DNA of 64,000 bases from Spirochaetia bacterium (GTDB taxonomy: Bacteria > Spirochaetota > Spirochaetia > CAKZLE01), in the NCBI GenBank assembly GCA_963677595.1, contig OY782041.1, positions 416,001 through 480,000 of the forward strand, in the 5' to 3' direction. The translations under genes and the position numbers were made by a program. This document shows positions 48,618-64,000 of this stretch, piece after piece. Numbering within the stretch: position 1 is the first letter of the stretch; the number at the start of each line of letters is the position of its first letter. The notes under the pieces were generated by a model. It saw nothing but the letters and a program-made list of their open reading frames with translations, was not told the DNA's origin and made no database searches.

Positions 48618-49115
48618 TCAGGTTCCCGTATGGTTGTGGAGATACTCCTCTACCTGGTCAGGGTCAAGATCATCAAGGGGATGCTCATCGCAGTAGGAGG
48701 AGAAACGCCGGAGCCACTGGTCCTTCCCTCCCTCCTGCTCATACTGGTACCGCATGAACTGAATGAGGTGCCTGAGGGTATGGCGATTGAGCCCATGCTC
48801 CATCATGCAGGCCTGTTCCTCGGCTTCCCCGGGTTCGATCCCGATGATCCGCTCGAAGAACTCACAGATGATCCGGTGCTTCTGGAAGACGAACTTCGCC
48901 TGGTTCTCGCCGGCCTCAGTCAGGGTTACCAGGCCGTAGGGCTCGTAATTGACCAAGCCTTCCCGTGCAAGGGTCTGCAGGGCGGAGGTGACGCTCGGCT
49001 TGCTGACATCCAGCTCCTCGGCGATCTCCTTCGGTCGTACCACCGGTTTCTCCTGCAGGATCTTATGGATCGCCTCGAGGTAATCCTCCTGGTTGCTCGT
49101 CATCTTTCTTTTCAC
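48618..49115 (-). CDS. DtxR/MntR metal-dependent repressor
   Basis: EDYLEAI, VSKPSVT, KH and AC.MEH. Confidence 0.92.
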   Translation of the reverse strand: MKRKMTSNQEDYLEAIHKILQEKPVVRPKEIAEELDVSKPSVTSALQTLAREGLVNYEPYGLVTLTEAGENQAKFVFQKHRIICEFFERIIGIEPGEAEEQACMMEHGLNRHTLRHLIQFMRYQYEQEGGKDQWLRRFSSYCDEHPLDDLDPDQVEEYLHNHTGT

Positions 49116-49223
49116 CTGCTCACTTCCTTATCTTCCGTATCATCAGTCAGTGTACCCGCTATCTGCTTCATCCGTCAACAATGGTATTGCATCACCCAAA
49201 CCATTTGGCTATACTCGCACATT

Positions 49224-50108
49224 ATGTGGAAATACTACTCGAAAGCCATACTTGCCTGCCTGCTCTGGTCAACTGCCTTCGCAGGTGTCAAGCTGGGACT
49301 CACCTACGCTGATCCCCTCTTCTTCGCAGGCATCAGGTTCATGCTCGCGGGGCTGCTCGTACTGCTGCTGACCAAAGAGCGTAAGAACCTCCTGGGCTTC
49401 CTGAAAGCCAGCTGGAGGACAGCCCTCCTCGTCGGCCTGCTACAGACAGGGATCATGTACGGTCTCTACTTCAACGGGGTCAACCTGCTCCCGGCAGCCA
49501 TTGCCGCGATCATAAACGGTGCAGGACCTCTCGTTACCGCGATCACCACCCATTTCTGCATCTCCAACGACCGGCTGAACCGCCAGAAGGTCATCAGCCT
49601 CTCCATTGCCCTCACAGGGGTCATCCTGATCAGTATCGGCAGGAACAGCGGTACCCCGACAGGGAACGCCGAGCTGCTGGGGATCGGGCTGCTCATCCTA
49701 TCGAGCGTCACGAACGCATTCAGCCAGGTGATCGTCAAGACCCGGCCGAACAGCCCGCTCCTGCTCAATGCTACCCAGCTCTTCATCGGGGGCTTCATGC
49801 TGCTCGCTGCCTCACTGATCTTCGAGGGCAGGCCGACCTTCGACCTCCCGCTCGAGTTCTATGGGGCTCTCCTCTGGCTGAGCATCGTCTCCGCCGCGGC
49901 ATTCTCGATCTGGTACACCATGCTGCAGGTACCGGAGATCAAGGTGAGTGAGATCAACATCTTCAAGTTCATCATCCCGGTAGCCGGTGCGATCCTGAGC
50001 TGGATCATCTTCCCCGCCGACAAGGCGGACCTCATCAGCGTCACCGGCATGGTGATCATCGCCTTCTCGGTCCTGCTCTACTACCGCAACCGCCCGGAAC
50101 GCATCTAG
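49224..50108 (+). CDS. DMT/EamA transporter
   Basis: LWSTAF..VK.G..FAGIRF..AG; about 10 TM segments. Confidence 0.88.
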   Translation: MWKYYSKAILACLLWSTAFAGVKLGLTYADPLFFAGIRFMLAGLLVLLLTKERKNLLGFLKASWRTALLVGLLQTGIMYGLYFNGVNLLPAAIAAIINGAGPLVTAITTHFCISNDRLNRQKVISLSIALTGVILISIGRNSGTPTGNAELLGIGLLILSSVTNAFSQVIVKTRPNSPLLLNATQLFIGGFMLLAASLIFEGRPTFDLPLEFYGALLWLSIVSAAAFSIWYTMLQVPEIKVSEINIFKFIIPVAGAILSWIIFPADKADLISVTGMVIIAFSVLLYYRNRPERI

Positions 50109-50626
50109 AACTCGATCCCCTTCTGCGCGGGGATCCCCCGGGTGAAGTGATGCTTCACATCCCGGATCTCCGAGACCATATCGGCGAGTTCTATGACTGG
50201 TTCCGGCATCTTCCTCCCGGTCAGCAGCAGCGTCGGGAGTTCCTCCCGATGCCCTGAGAGCCAGGAGACCACTTCTCCCGCATCGAGCCACCCATAGGTG
50301 AGCACATAGGAGATCTCATCGAGGAGGATGAGGTCATAGCGCCCTGAGAGCATCCAGCGTTTCGCCTGCTCCCAGCCGTTGCGGACCTCCTCGATGGACC
50401 TGCTGTGATCCTTCTCCTTCCAGGTGAACCCGTTCCCGTAATTCTCCCAGTCGATCCCGAGTCTCTTTGCCGTCTTGTATTCGCCCCAGTCTTCCGGCCC
50501 GCTCTTGATGAACTGGAGCACCCCGCACTGCCCCCCATGGCCGCAGGCCCTGAAGATCATCCCGAGTGCCGCTGTCGTCTTTCCCTTTCCGTTGCCGGTA
50601 TAGACCCCTATTATGTTCTGTTTCAT
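50105..50626 (-). CDS. cobO: Cob(I)alamin adenosyltransferase (CobO/BtuR)
   Basis: YTGNGKGKTTAA, QFIK, LDE, TGR and KH..G..AQKGIEF. Confidence 0.94.
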   Translation of the reverse strand: MKQNIIGVYTGNGKGKTTAALGMIFRACGHGGQCGVLQFIKSGPEDWGEYKTAKRLGIDWENYGNGFTWKEKDHSRSIEEVRNGWEQAKRWMLSGRYDLILLDEISYVLTYGWLDAGEVVSWLSGHREELPTLLLTGRKMPEPVIELADMVSEIRDVKHHFTRGIPAQKGIEF

Positions 50627-50684
50627 CTCATGATCATACCACCTCTTCTTGATGTTGTCATGCACTCGAACTATACTGTCACGC

Positions 50685-55696
<5,012 letters not shown>

Positions 55697-55718
55697 CCAA
55701 TACTGAACAATTCATTCA

Positions 55719-55755
55719 AGAAGAACCCGCTCATTGTAAGCGGGTTCTTCTCTTC
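55719..55755. terminator. Bidirectional terminator between tetR and gltD
   Basis: IR AGAAGAACCCGCT/AGCGGGTTCTTCT. Confidence 0.75.
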
Positions 55756-55773
55756 TGGGGCAATGAAAGATTC

Positions 55774-57189
55774 TTATAGCGACTTCAGGTATGCATCGAT
55801 GCCTTCAGCGGCATTCCGTCCCTGCGCAATGGCATGGACCACCAGGGAGGCTCCCATGACGGCATCACCGGTAGCGAACACACCGTCTACCGAGCTCATG
55901 TAGTCCTCTTCCACGGCGATGTTTCCGCGTTCATCGGTAGCGAGGCCGAAGCCTTCAACCAGGGGAGAGTCCTTGTAGGGAACGAACCCCATACTCAGCA
56001 GCACGATGTCAGCATCGATGAGGAAGTCCGATCCGGTGATCTCCTTGAAGGATCGCCCTTCCCAGTCCAGCCGGGCACAGCCGACCTTGGTGACCTTCCC
56101 GTTCTTGCCGTAGATCTCCTTGGTGGCGATGCTCCAGAGACGCTCGCAGCCCTCCTTGTGGGAGGTCGAGGTCCTCAGGATCCTCGGCCACTCCGGCCAG
56201 GGGTTCCCTACCTCACGGCCCTCCGACGGCTGGGGGAGCAGCTCGATCTGGGTCACGGACTTGCAGCCGCGCCTGATCACGGAACCGACACAGTCAGAAC
56301 CGGTGTCCCCGCCCCCGATGACCACGATCTTCTTCCCCTTGGGATCGATCAGCTCATCCTTGGGGATGGTGTCTCCAAGCACCTGTTTCGTCTGCTGGGC
56401 AAGGAAATCGAGGGCAAAGTAGACCCCCTTGAGGTCCCTGCCGGGAACAGCGAGGTCCCTCGGCTTCGGGGTACCCGCAGCGATCAGCACCACATCGTAG
56501 TTCTTCTTGAGGTAACGGGTCGAAATATCACGCCCGACCTCGACCTCGGTCTCGAATTTCACACCCTCAGCCCGCATCTGGTCGAGCCGTCTCTCGACGA
56601 CCCCCTTCTCCAGCTTGAAGTTCGGGATGCCGTACATGAGCAGCCCGCCGATCCGGTCGGACTTCTCGAACACGGTGACATCATGTCCCTGGCGGGCGAG
56701 CTGCTGGGCTGCAGCAAGGCCTGATGGCCCTGACCCGATCACGGCAATGCTCTTTCCGGTCTTAACCGGTGCGACCTGGGGGGTGATCCACCCCTGCTCC
56801 CAGCCGTGCTCGGCGATCTTCATCTCGATATGCTGACAGGTCGTCGGCTCATCATTGATCGAGAGGGTACAGGCCGCCTCACAGAGGGCGGGACAGATCC
56901 TCCCGGTGAAATCAGGGAAGTTGTTCGTCGAATGGAGGAGCTCTAAGGCCTCCTCCCAGTTGTCATGGTAGAGGGCATCGGAGTAGTCCGGGACCCTGTT
57001 CCCCACCGGGCAGCCGTACATATGGCAGAACGGCACACCGCAGTCCATGCACCGGTTAGCCTGCTTCTTGATCTGCTCATCGGAGAGATCTACCTGGACC
57101 GGATCGAAATCCTTCTTACGCTCATCCACGGGCCGGTACGATGGTGCTTGCCGGTCGATCGTCATGAATCCATTATGTTTAGCCATCAT
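55774..57189 (-). CDS. gltD: Glutamate synthase small subunit
   Basis: RCMDCGVPFC, TGRICPA.CE, GSGPSG and GGGDTGSDC. Confidence 0.96.
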   Translation of the reverse strand: MMAKHNGFMTIDRQAPSYRPVDERKKDFDPVQVDLSDEQIKKQANRCMDCGVPFCHMYGCPVGNRVPDYSDALYHDNWEEALELLHSTNNFPDFTGRICPALCEAACTLSINDEPTTCQHIEMKIAEHGWEQGWITPQVAPVKTGKSIAVIGSGPSGLAAAQQLARQGHDVTVFEKSDRIGGLLMYGIPNFKLEKGVVERRLDQMRAEGVKFETEVEVGRDISTRYLKKNYDVVLIAAGTPKPRDLAVPGRDLKGVYFALDFLAQQTKQVLGDTIPKDELIDPKGKKIVVIGGGDTGSDCVGSVIRRGCKSVTQIELLPQPSEGREVGNPWPEWPRILRTSTSHKEGCERLWSIATKEIYGKNGKVTKVGCARLDWEGRSFKEITGSDFLIDADIVLLSMGFVPYKDSPLVEGFGLATDERGNIAVEEDYMSSVDGVFATGDAVMGASLVVHAIAQGRNAAEGIDAYLKSL

Positions 57190-60100
57190 AGACCTCCTCG
57201 GTTACTGACAGAGTCTCATTGTCCCTGTCCTCGTTCATCTTCATTCGTTCCAGTACCTTTCGGTAGTCAACGGGGATGACCTTCACGAAGAGCGGGAGCT
57301 GGGCTTCCCAGTTCTCGAGGATCATCTGTGCTACCCGGCTTCCCGTCAGGTCGTAGTGCTCCTGGATGAGTCCCTTGAGCACATACTTGTCATCCTTGCT
57401 CCAGACACCTTCGAGCTCTACCATATCGAGGTTGCACCTGGTATCGAAGAGCTCGGAAGGATCATAGACATAGGCGATCCCGCCGCTCATACCTGCGGCG
57501 AAGTTCTTGCCGGTATCACCGATGACGACCACCGTTCCCCCGGTCATGTACTCACATCCGTGGTCACCCACACCTTCGACTACCGCGGTAGCCCCGCTGT
57601 TCCGGACAGCGAACCGTTCGCCGGCCATCCCGTTGATGTAGATCTCACCACTGGTGGCACCGTAGAGCACGACGTTCCCGCTGATGATGTTCCGCTCTGG
57701 CTTGAATCTGGATCCTTCGGTCGGGGTGAGCACGATCTTTCCGCCGCTCAGGCCCTTCCCCATGTAGTCGTTCACATCACCCTTGAGATCGAGCGTGATG
57801 CCGGGTGCGAGGAACGCACCGAAACTCTGGCCTGCGGACCCCTTCAGCTTTATCGTGAGGGTGTCATCCGGGAGGCCGTCAGGCCCGAACTGCTGCACGA
57901 GCCTGCCGCTGATCGCGGCCCCCACCGTACGGTGGATGTTCCGTATCGGGAACTCGATCGTCGTCGGGGTGGGGTCCTTCCAGAACTTCTTGAGCTCTTT
58001 CTCGATCGCGAGGTCGAGGTCCGTCGGGTGGTTCTCGATGATCTTCTTCGTGAAGTGGAGCACGGGCTTGTCCTCGAGGTGTTCCGCATTGAGGATCTTC
58101 TCAAGGTTCACATGGTTGGCCTTCCACTTGTCGATAGCCGGCTGGAAGTCGAGCAGGTCGACACGTCCGACCATCTCCTCGACACTCCTGAATCCCAGCT
58201 GGGCCATGTACTCCCTGAACTCCCTGGCGACGAACCGCAGGAATGCCTCGGCGTAATCGGCCTTCCCCTTGAACCGTTTCCTCAGTTCAGGGTCCTGGGT
58301 GGCCACACCTACGGGGCAGGTATTGAGGTGGCACTTCCGCATCATGACGCATCCGAGCGTGATGAGCAGGGAGGTACCGAACCCGTACTCCTCAGCACCG
58401 AGGAGGGTCGCGATCGCCAGGTCACGGCCGGTCTTGAGGTGACCGTCCACCTGGACGATGATCTGGCTCCTGAGGTTGTTGAGGATCAGCGACTGCTGGG
58501 TCTCGGCAAGCCCGAGTTCCCACGGCAGTCCTGCATGCTTGATAGCGGTCAGCGGGGAGGCCCCGGTACCGCCGTTCTGTCCTGAGATGAGGACCCTGTC
58601 GGCCTTCGCCTTCGCGACGCCGGAGGCGATGGTCCCGACACCCGCTTCTGATACCAGCTTGACTGAGACCTCGGCACCGCTGTTGACGGTCTTGAGGTCC
58701 TTGATCAGCTGGGCGAGATCCTCGATCGAGTAGATATCATGGTGGGGCGGAGGTGAGATGAGCGTCACACCGGGTGTGGTATGACGGATCTTCGCGATAT
58801 ACTCGGAGACCTTCGCTCCCGGGAGCTGTCCGCCCTCCCCGGGCTTGGCTCCCTGGGCCATCTTGATCTGCAGCTCGTCTGCACTCATGAGGTATTCGGT
58901 GGTCACGCCGAACCGTCCGGAGGCGATCTGCTTGATCCTCGACCGCTTAGAGTCGCCGTTTGGCAGGGGCTTGGACCGTACCGGGTCCTCACCGCCCTCA
59001 CCGCTGTTGCTCTTCGCCCCGATCCTGTTCATGGCGATCGCCACAGTCTCGTGGGCTTCCCTGCTGATCGAACCGATGGACATCGCTGCTGAGACGAACC
59101 GCTTCGTGATTGATTCCAGCGGCTCCACCTCATCGAGAGGTATTGGCTTCGTATCCTTGAAGTGGATCAGGCCCCTGATCTCACCGTTCTCCCGGTAGGA
59201 CTCATCCATGAGGGAGGAGAACTGCTTGAAGACCGAGTAGTCGTTCGTCTTGGTCGCATGCTGGAGCTTGTAGATGGCTTCAGGGGACCAGTAGTGCTTG
59301 ATGCTGTTCCTCCGGTACCGATAGGCACCGCCGGGCTCACGCAGCCTCGGGGCTATCCCGTTCGACGGGTAGCTCTGTTCCATCCTGGCGGCGGCTTCCT
59401 TGTTGAGCTCCTCGAGCCCGACACCGCCGATCCGCGATACGGTACCGGTGAAGTAGGTTTCGATGATATCGTGGTTGAGGCCGACTGCCTCGAAGATCTG
59501 CGTATTGAAGAAACTGTGCAGGGTCGAGATACCCATCCTGCTGAAGGTCTTCAACAGACCCTTCTTGATGGCATTGACATAGTTGTCGGATGCGATCTCT
59601 GGGGTGAGGTGGCCGAGCTTGCCGGTCTCTGCCAGGTCCCTTACGGTAGAGAATGCGATATACGGGCAGAATGCATCACAGCCGAAGGCGATGAGCAGGG
59701 CGAAGTGGAAGACTTCCCTGGCTTCACCGGTCTCGATGATGATACCGATCTTTCCGCGGAGTCCTTTCCTGATCATATGCTGGTGCAGGCCGGAGACCGC
59801 CAGCAGTGAAGGGATCGGGGCCCTTCCCGGGCCTGCGTTCTTGTCAGTGAGGATCAGCAGGGAGGTCCCTGAGTTCGCAAGCTCCTCAGCCTGTTCGAAG
59901 ATCCCGGCAAGGGCAGCTTCGAGGTTCTTCCCCGTCTCGTCCGGCTCGAAGGTAATATCGAGGTCGACGGTCTTCAGGTCCTCATGACTGTTGTTCCTCA
60001 GACGCATCATGTCGCGTGTGCTCAAGATCGGGTGACCGAGCTTCAGTGCCCGGTACTGCGTCTCCTCGATGTCGAGGGGGTTGCTCTCGTTCTCGATATA

Positions 60101-61765
60101 ACTCTCGAGGGACATGACGAGCTGTTCCCGCAGGGGGTCGATCGGCGGGTTCGTCACCTGGGCGAACATCTGCTTGAAGTAGCTGAAAAGGAGGTCAGAA
60201 CGGTTGGAGAGGACAGCGAGCCCGGTGTCGTTCCCCATCGACCCGATCGCCTCCTGGCCCTGTTTTGCCATCGGGGTCATGAGCGTCTTGAGGTCCTCGT
60301 CGGTGTAGCCGAAGAGGATCTGCTTGTGGAGCAGCTCATCCTTGTCCATCTTGGGCACGCCTGACGGCATGAAGAGCCCTCGGAGTTCGATCTTCCGGTC
60401 CTTCACCCATCGCCTGTAGGGATACTGCCTCGAGAGTTTCGCCTTGATGACGTTGTCCGGGACGATGGCATGCTGCTCCAGGTCGACGAGGAACATCTTC
60501 CCCGGCTGGAGCCGGCCCTTACTCCGGACCTGCTCCGCGGGAAGGTCGACGACCCCGGTCTCCGAGGCCAGGATGATCAGGCCGTCCTGGGTCACGGTAT
60601 ACCGTGCCGGCCGCAGGCCGTTTCGGTCGAGTGTTGCCCCGATGTACCTGCCGTCGGTGAAGACGACAGCTGCAGGGCCGTCCCACGGTTCCATGATCGT
60701 GGTATGGTATTCATAGAACGCCCGTTTGTCAGCGCTCATCTGGATCTCTGGGGAATAGGCCTCGGGGATCATCATCATCATGACATGGGGGATAGACCTC
60801 CCTGCCATGGTGAAGAGCTCGAGGACGTTATCGAAGATCGCGGAGTCCGAACCGGACTCATCGATGATCGGGATGATGTCCCGGATCTCGTCCCCGATGA
60901 CCTTGGAGGACATGAAGCCCTCCCTTGCCCGCTGCCTGTTTATGTTACCCTTCACGGTGTTGATCTCACCATTGTGGGCTAGATACCTGAAAGGCTGTGC
61001 AAGCCTCCACTCGGGGAGGGTATTGGTACTGAACCGTGAATGGACGATCGAGAAGGGGCTGGTGAAGTACTCATCAGAGAGGTCCGGGTAGTACTCCGGC
61101 ACCTGGTCCCCAGTGAGGAGTCCTTTATAGACGATGACGGTGTGCGAGAGACTGCAGATGTAGAACTGGCTCAGATCAAGGTCCTTGGGTTTCTCAAGCG
61201 CCTTCTCGATCCTCCGGCGCAGGACATAGAGCTTCCGCTGCAAACATTCACGCTCCTGACCGGGCATCGTGATGAAGAACTGCTTCACCTGCGGCTCGGT
61301 GGAGAGCGCGAGCTCTCCCAGGCAGGACCCGTCCACCGGTACATCCCGCCAGCCGAGCAGGTTGAAGCCGTTCGCGGCGATCACTTCCTCGGTTGTCTGG
61401 ACACAGACTGAGGCGGCATGGGGCTCGGAGGGGATGAAGGTCATCCCGACTGCATAGCATTCATCCTCAGGGAGGGTGAAATCCACGATCACCTTGCGGA
61501 AGAAGGCATCAGGGACCTGGCACATGATGCCTGCCCCGTCACCGGTGAGGGAGTCCCCTCCGACAGCACCACGGTGCTGCAGGTTCTTGAGGACCTGAAT
61601 CCCTTCCTGTATGATGGAATGGCGGGGTTCGCCATCCAGATGCGCGATAAAACCCACTCCACAACTGTCATGCTCGAAGGAGGGATCGTACAGCCCGTAG
61701 GATCCTTTCCTGCCGGAAGCATTGCGGTTTTCCGCAAATCGTTGCCCAGGATTGATTTGTTGCAT
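57179..61765 (-). CDS. gltB: Glutamate synthase large subunit
   Basis: EHDSCGVG, HNGEINT, EPWDGP, AQGAKPGEGG and CVMMRKCHLNTCP. Confidence 0.97.
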   Translation of the reverse strand: MQQINPGQRFAENRNASGRKGSYGLYDPSFEHDSCGVGFIAHLDGEPRHSIIQEGIQVLKNLQHRGAVGGDSLTGDGAGIMCQVPDAFFRKVIVDFTLPEDECYAVGMTFIPSEPHAASVCVQTTEEVIAANGFNLLGWRDVPVDGSCLGELALSTEPQVKQFFITMPGQERECLQRKLYVLRRRIEKALEKPKDLDLSQFYICSLSHTVIVYKGLLTGDQVPEYYPDLSDEYFTSPFSIVHSRFSTNTLPEWRLAQPFRYLAHNGEINTVKGNINRQRAREGFMSSKVIGDEIRDIIPIIDESGSDSAIFDNVLELFTMAGRSIPHVMMMMIPEAYSPEIQMSADKRAFYEYHTTIMEPWDGPAAVVFTDGRYIGATLDRNGLRPARYTVTQDGLIILASETGVVDLPAEQVRSKGRLQPGKMFLVDLEQHAIVPDNVIKAKLSRQYPYRRWVKDRKIELRGLFMPSGVPKMDKDELLHKQILFGYTDEDLKTLMTPMAKQGQEAIGSMGNDTGLAVLSNRSDLLFSYFKQMFAQVTNPPIDPLREQLVMSLESYIENESNPLDIEETQYRALKLGHPILSTRDMMRLRNNSHEDLKTVDLDITFEPDETGKNLEAALAGIFEQAEELANSGTSLLILTDKNAGPGRAPIPSLLAVSGLHQHMIRKGLRGKIGIIIETGEAREVFHFALLIAFGCDAFCPYIAFSTVRDLAETGKLGHLTPEIASDNYVNAIKKGLLKTFSRMGISTLHSFFNTQIFEAVGLNHDIIETYFTGTVSRIGGVGLEELNKEAAARMEQSYPSNGIAPRLREPGGAYRYRRNSIKHYWSPEAIYKLQHATKTNDYSVFKQFSSLMDESYRENGEIRGLIHFKDTKPIPLDEVEPLESITKRFVSAAMSIGSISREAHETVAIAMNRIGAKSNSGEGGEDPVRSKPLPNGDSKRSRIKQIASGRFGVTTEYLMSADELQIKMAQGAKPGEGGQLPGAKVSEYIAKIRHTTPGVTLISPPPHHDIYSIEDLAQLIKDLKTVNSGAEVSVKLVSEAGVGTIASGVAKAKADRVLISGQNGGTGASPLTAIKHAGLPWELGLAETQQSLILNNLRSQIIVQVDGHLKTGRDLAIATLLGAEEYGFGTSLLITLGCVMMRKCHLNTCPVGVATQDPELRKRFKGKADYAEAFLRFVAREFREYMAQLGFRSVEEMVGRVDLLDFQPAIDKWKANHVNLEKILNAEHLEDKPVLHFTKKIIENHPTDLDLAIEKELKKFWKDPTPTTIEFPIRNIHRTVGAAISGRLVQQFGPDGLPDDTLTIKLKGSAGQSFGAFLAPGITLDLKGDVNDYMGKGLSGGKIVLTPTEGSRFKPERNIISGNVVLYGATSGEIYINGMAGERFAVRNSGATAVVEGVGDHGCEYMTGGTVVVIGDTGKNFAAGMSGGIAYVYDPSELFDTRCNLDMVELEGVWSKDDKYVLKGLIQEHYDLTGSRVAQMILENWEAQLPLFVKVIPVDYRKVLERMKMNEDRDNETLSVTEEVYDG

Positions 61766-62000
61766 ATAGTCTCCTATCGATAGAATTGTATATTTATACA
61801 AAAATTATGCATATTTACTAAGGTTAACGTATATTATTCAATAAAACAGGTTTTGGTCAATAGTCCAACACCCGGTGAACAACCCACTAGATTATTATAA
61901 TAAATAGAATTAAGATCACGTTTTTAGGTATACAGAAAAATAGCCCATGGGGTATTTATATATTCCACATGATGACTGAAAAAGATGCGTAAAAAAGAAA

Positions 62001-62038
62001 AACCCTTCCCGGGATATTTTCATATGCCGGAAAGGGTT
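62001..62038 (-). terminator. Terminator after the lipoprotein gene
   Basis: Stem AACCCTT..CCGG/CCGG..AAGGGTT with an adjacent plus-strand A-tract (U-tract on minus). Confidence 0.6.
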
Positions 62039-62057
62039 CAAGTATAGCAGGAAAACC

Positions 62058-63110
62058 CTAGTACTGGGAAGCCGCCTTGAGGTATTCTGCCTTCACATTC
62101 TTCAGTCTCAGGAGTTCTGTATAGGCATCCGGTGAATGCGTGGCATCATGGACCTCCTCCATGATGGCGATCGCCTGGTCGAACTGGCCGAGGACCTCAT
62201 AGACGATAGCAGCATTGAAGCCGGCAGCCATGTTGGTGCTGCTGTACCAGAGATCAAGGTAGATATCGAGGGCCTGCTGGTACTGGGAGTTCTTGATCAA
62301 CTCTTCAGCCATCTCGGATCTTGGGTTCTTGGTCTCATCCTTCTTCAGGGACCGGTACTCACGTACGTAGTAGGGAGCAAGCTGCCTGCTGATCGTCGAC
62401 TCGAAGCCCCTGATGATGTTCTGGTAGAGCGGCTCGAGCAGCGGTGCGGTGAAGGTGTTGGCATTCTCTATGAGGGTAGACCGGCTGTTCTCCCCTGAGA
62501 GGTACTTGGTAGCGAGGATCTGTCCCCGCTTCAGGTCGATGACCGTGTAGCTGACGCCGAGCTCGACTTCCTGCACGAAGTAGTTCTCGATGAAGATATC
62601 GAACTGCTGGGTCGTGTCGTTCCAGACGCTCTTCTCCCGTTCCTGGACCTGTTCGTAATAGTCAAGGTCCTCGATCGTACCCAGGATAGCGGCCTCGATC
62701 CCAAGATTCTCGTAGAGGATCCGGTTGGTGACGATCGCTGATGCCGCAGAATGCTGGTACGGCCTGATCTGGTCCTGGGAGACCACCGTGAAGTAGTTGG
62801 TCCGGTTGAGGGTGCTGATGGTCCTCTCCGTCATGTAGTCGGCCACATCATCATCAAGACCGATACGGTAGCCGGTGGTGGTGAAGTCATCCGAGTTGCC
62901 AAACAGGATATCGAGGATCAGCTTCCCGGCGAAGACCTCGTCCGAGATCTCGTAGGGATCGTAATCGAAGACTGCCAGGGTCCGGTAGTCAGCCATGTTC
63001 ACTTCAGCCGGCTTGAGGACATCGAATCCGATGGTCGTCGCACAGCCGGTGAACGCCAGGGTAAGCAGTATCAGGAGGATACCGGTACAGGTCACTTTTT
63101 TCATACTCAT
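62058..63110 (-). CDS. Lipoprotein with a CsgG/TolB_N-like region and C-terminal TPR-like helices
   Basis: Lipobox FTGC; C-terminal AAGFNAAIVYEVLGQFDQA. Confidence 0.6.
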   Translation of the reverse strand: MSMKKVTCTGILLILLTLAFTGCATTIGFDVLKPAEVNMADYRTLAVFDYDPYEISDEVFAGKLILDILFGNSDDFTTTGYRIGLDDDVADYMTERTISTLNRTNYFTVVSQDQIRPYQHSAASAIVTNRILYENLGIEAAILGTIEDLDYYEQVQEREKSVWNDTTQQFDIFIENYFVQEVELGVSYTVIDLKRGQILATKYLSGENSRSTLIENANTFTAPLLEPLYQNIIRGFESTISRQLAPYYVREYRSLKKDETKNPRSEMAEELIKNSQYQQALDIYLDLWYSSTNMAAGFNAAIVYEVLGQFDQAIAIMEEVHDATHSPDAYTELLRLKNVKAEYLKAASQY

Positions 63111-63275
63111 ACTCCATTTGGTAAGCTTGAGCCCATTATACCACAGGAGGGCACTCCGGCAGGAGGCCTTTCTGTGAAGATTCTGGATCTCATTGTTCTC
63201 AACCGATCCGGAGAATCCCGGATCACACTCTCTCCACTACTGCTAACCATCAATCATGCGCAAAGGTTACACCTC

Positions 63276-64000
63276 TCAAGATACTGGCCAGACCCCGCGC
63301 TCCTGCAGCTGTTTCTCAGCGGCTTCTGCCCAGCCCCGGTTAGCGATGGGGCTTGCGGGACTCGGGTGCAGCACCCAGGTCACTCTCGGCTTGGCGCTGT
63401 CGGGGAACTCCATCCCTGCCAGGATGGAAGCGAACTGCTTCTCGGCATACTTCCCCACCCCGACGAGGATCTCTGGTTTCATCATCCTGATGACCTCCCT
63501 GACGTAGCGGTCGCAGACAGCCTCCAGCGGCTCCCTGTCCGATTTCAGGAGCTTGTCCGGGGTGAGGTTCTTCCCGCTCGGTTCCATGAACACCAGCGGG
63601 CAGTAGTTGAGGACGAAATGGGCAGCGAAGAAATCGTCCGGGTCGGGGTACTTCTGCGACATCAGGCCCCAGAGCCGCTGCCCGCTCACCTCGCTGCGTG
63701 TCGTGTAGAATCCGAGGATCGGCCGTTTCGGGTGTTCTCCCCGCGGTTTCCCGACCTTCTCCTCGATCCCCATCCAGTCCCGTACGGCATTGATCTCGCC
63801 GAAGGGGACCCCGGTCTGGGCCATACCCCAGGGGCCGGGATTCATCCCTAGGAAGATGATCTTCTTCTTTCCCCGCCCGAAGCGCCTCAGGTAGGCCGCA
63901 TGGGCTTCCCAGGCATAGGTCAGGGGGTTATATACGGTGAGGTCGTCACGGCTGAAGGAGAGCCGGTCGACCTCGTCCGAGAGTACGTTCGTTCGTGCAA
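63276..64000 (-). CDS. SMUG1-type (family 3) uracil-DNA glycosylase; 5' end beyond the window
   Basis: GMNPGPWGMAQTGVPFG, SEVSG.R, NYCPL.F and HPSP.SP.AN. The frame continues upstream (YNPL.YA). Confidence 0.9.
   Translation of the reverse strand, partial: ARTNVLSDEVDRLSFSRDDLTVYNPLTYAWEAHAAYLRRFGRGKKKIIFLGMNPGPWGMAQTGVPFGEINAVRDWMGIEEKVGKPRGEHPKRPILGFYTTRSEVSGQRLWGLMSQKYPDPDDFFAAHFVLNYCPLVFMEPSGKNLTPDKLLKSDREPLEAVCDRYVREVIRMMKPEILVGVGKYAEKQFASILAGMEFPDSAKPRVTWVLHPSPASPIANRGWAEAAEKQLQERGVWPVS

Noticed and set aside
48630-49223. N-terminal extension of the 492-aa EamA ORF
   Set aside because: It overlaps the DtxR/MntR gene antisense. The real start is more likely ATG 49224, just behind a promoter.
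57356-58585. Long antisense ORFs (also 5480-6463, 7933-8922, 40824-41771, 55834-56724, 62751-63851)
   Set aside because: These are shadows of well-supported genes on the opposite strand in GC-rich DNA, with no recognisable motifs.

Overview
A GC-rich bacterial chromosome segment, probably from an anaerobic Spirochaetota (inferred from 'LFAGGAQE'-type binding-protein signal peptides and gene content; not verified). In order: (1) a minus-strand cluster encoding a BMP/nucleoside-type ABC importer, a RamA/RACo-type corrinoid activator, a pyrrolysine-free MtmB-family methyltransferase, a corrinoid protein, DUF1638 and a xanthine-dehydrogenase-family FAD subunit, with the same covarying hairpin motif in two of its long leaders; (2) mscS, tex, tRNA-Pro and tRNA-Arg; (3) an AT-richer island with a 28-repeat type I-E CRISPR array, a full I-E cas operon whose cas3 is split into HD and helicase ORFs, and higBA; (4) a HAD hydrolase and a PhnDCE-like ABC transporter with an enlarged permease and a structured leader; (5) ilvE, an ArsR/metal permease pair, an M42 peptidase, a catalytically degenerate 5'-nucleotidase-like lipoprotein, SRAP-umuD-umuC divergent from exonuclease I, tdh-kbl with an XRE regulator, a DtxR/MntR regulator, cobO, an MFS transporter, a GH2 beta-galactosidase with TetR, gltBD, a lipoprotein and a partial SMUG1. 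The best candidate for an undescribed system is the non-Pyl MtmB + purine-type importer + XDH cluster (possible anaerobic, B12-dependent N-demethylation of methylated purines or nucleosides) together with its putative cis-regulatory RNA. All calls were made by eye, without database searches.
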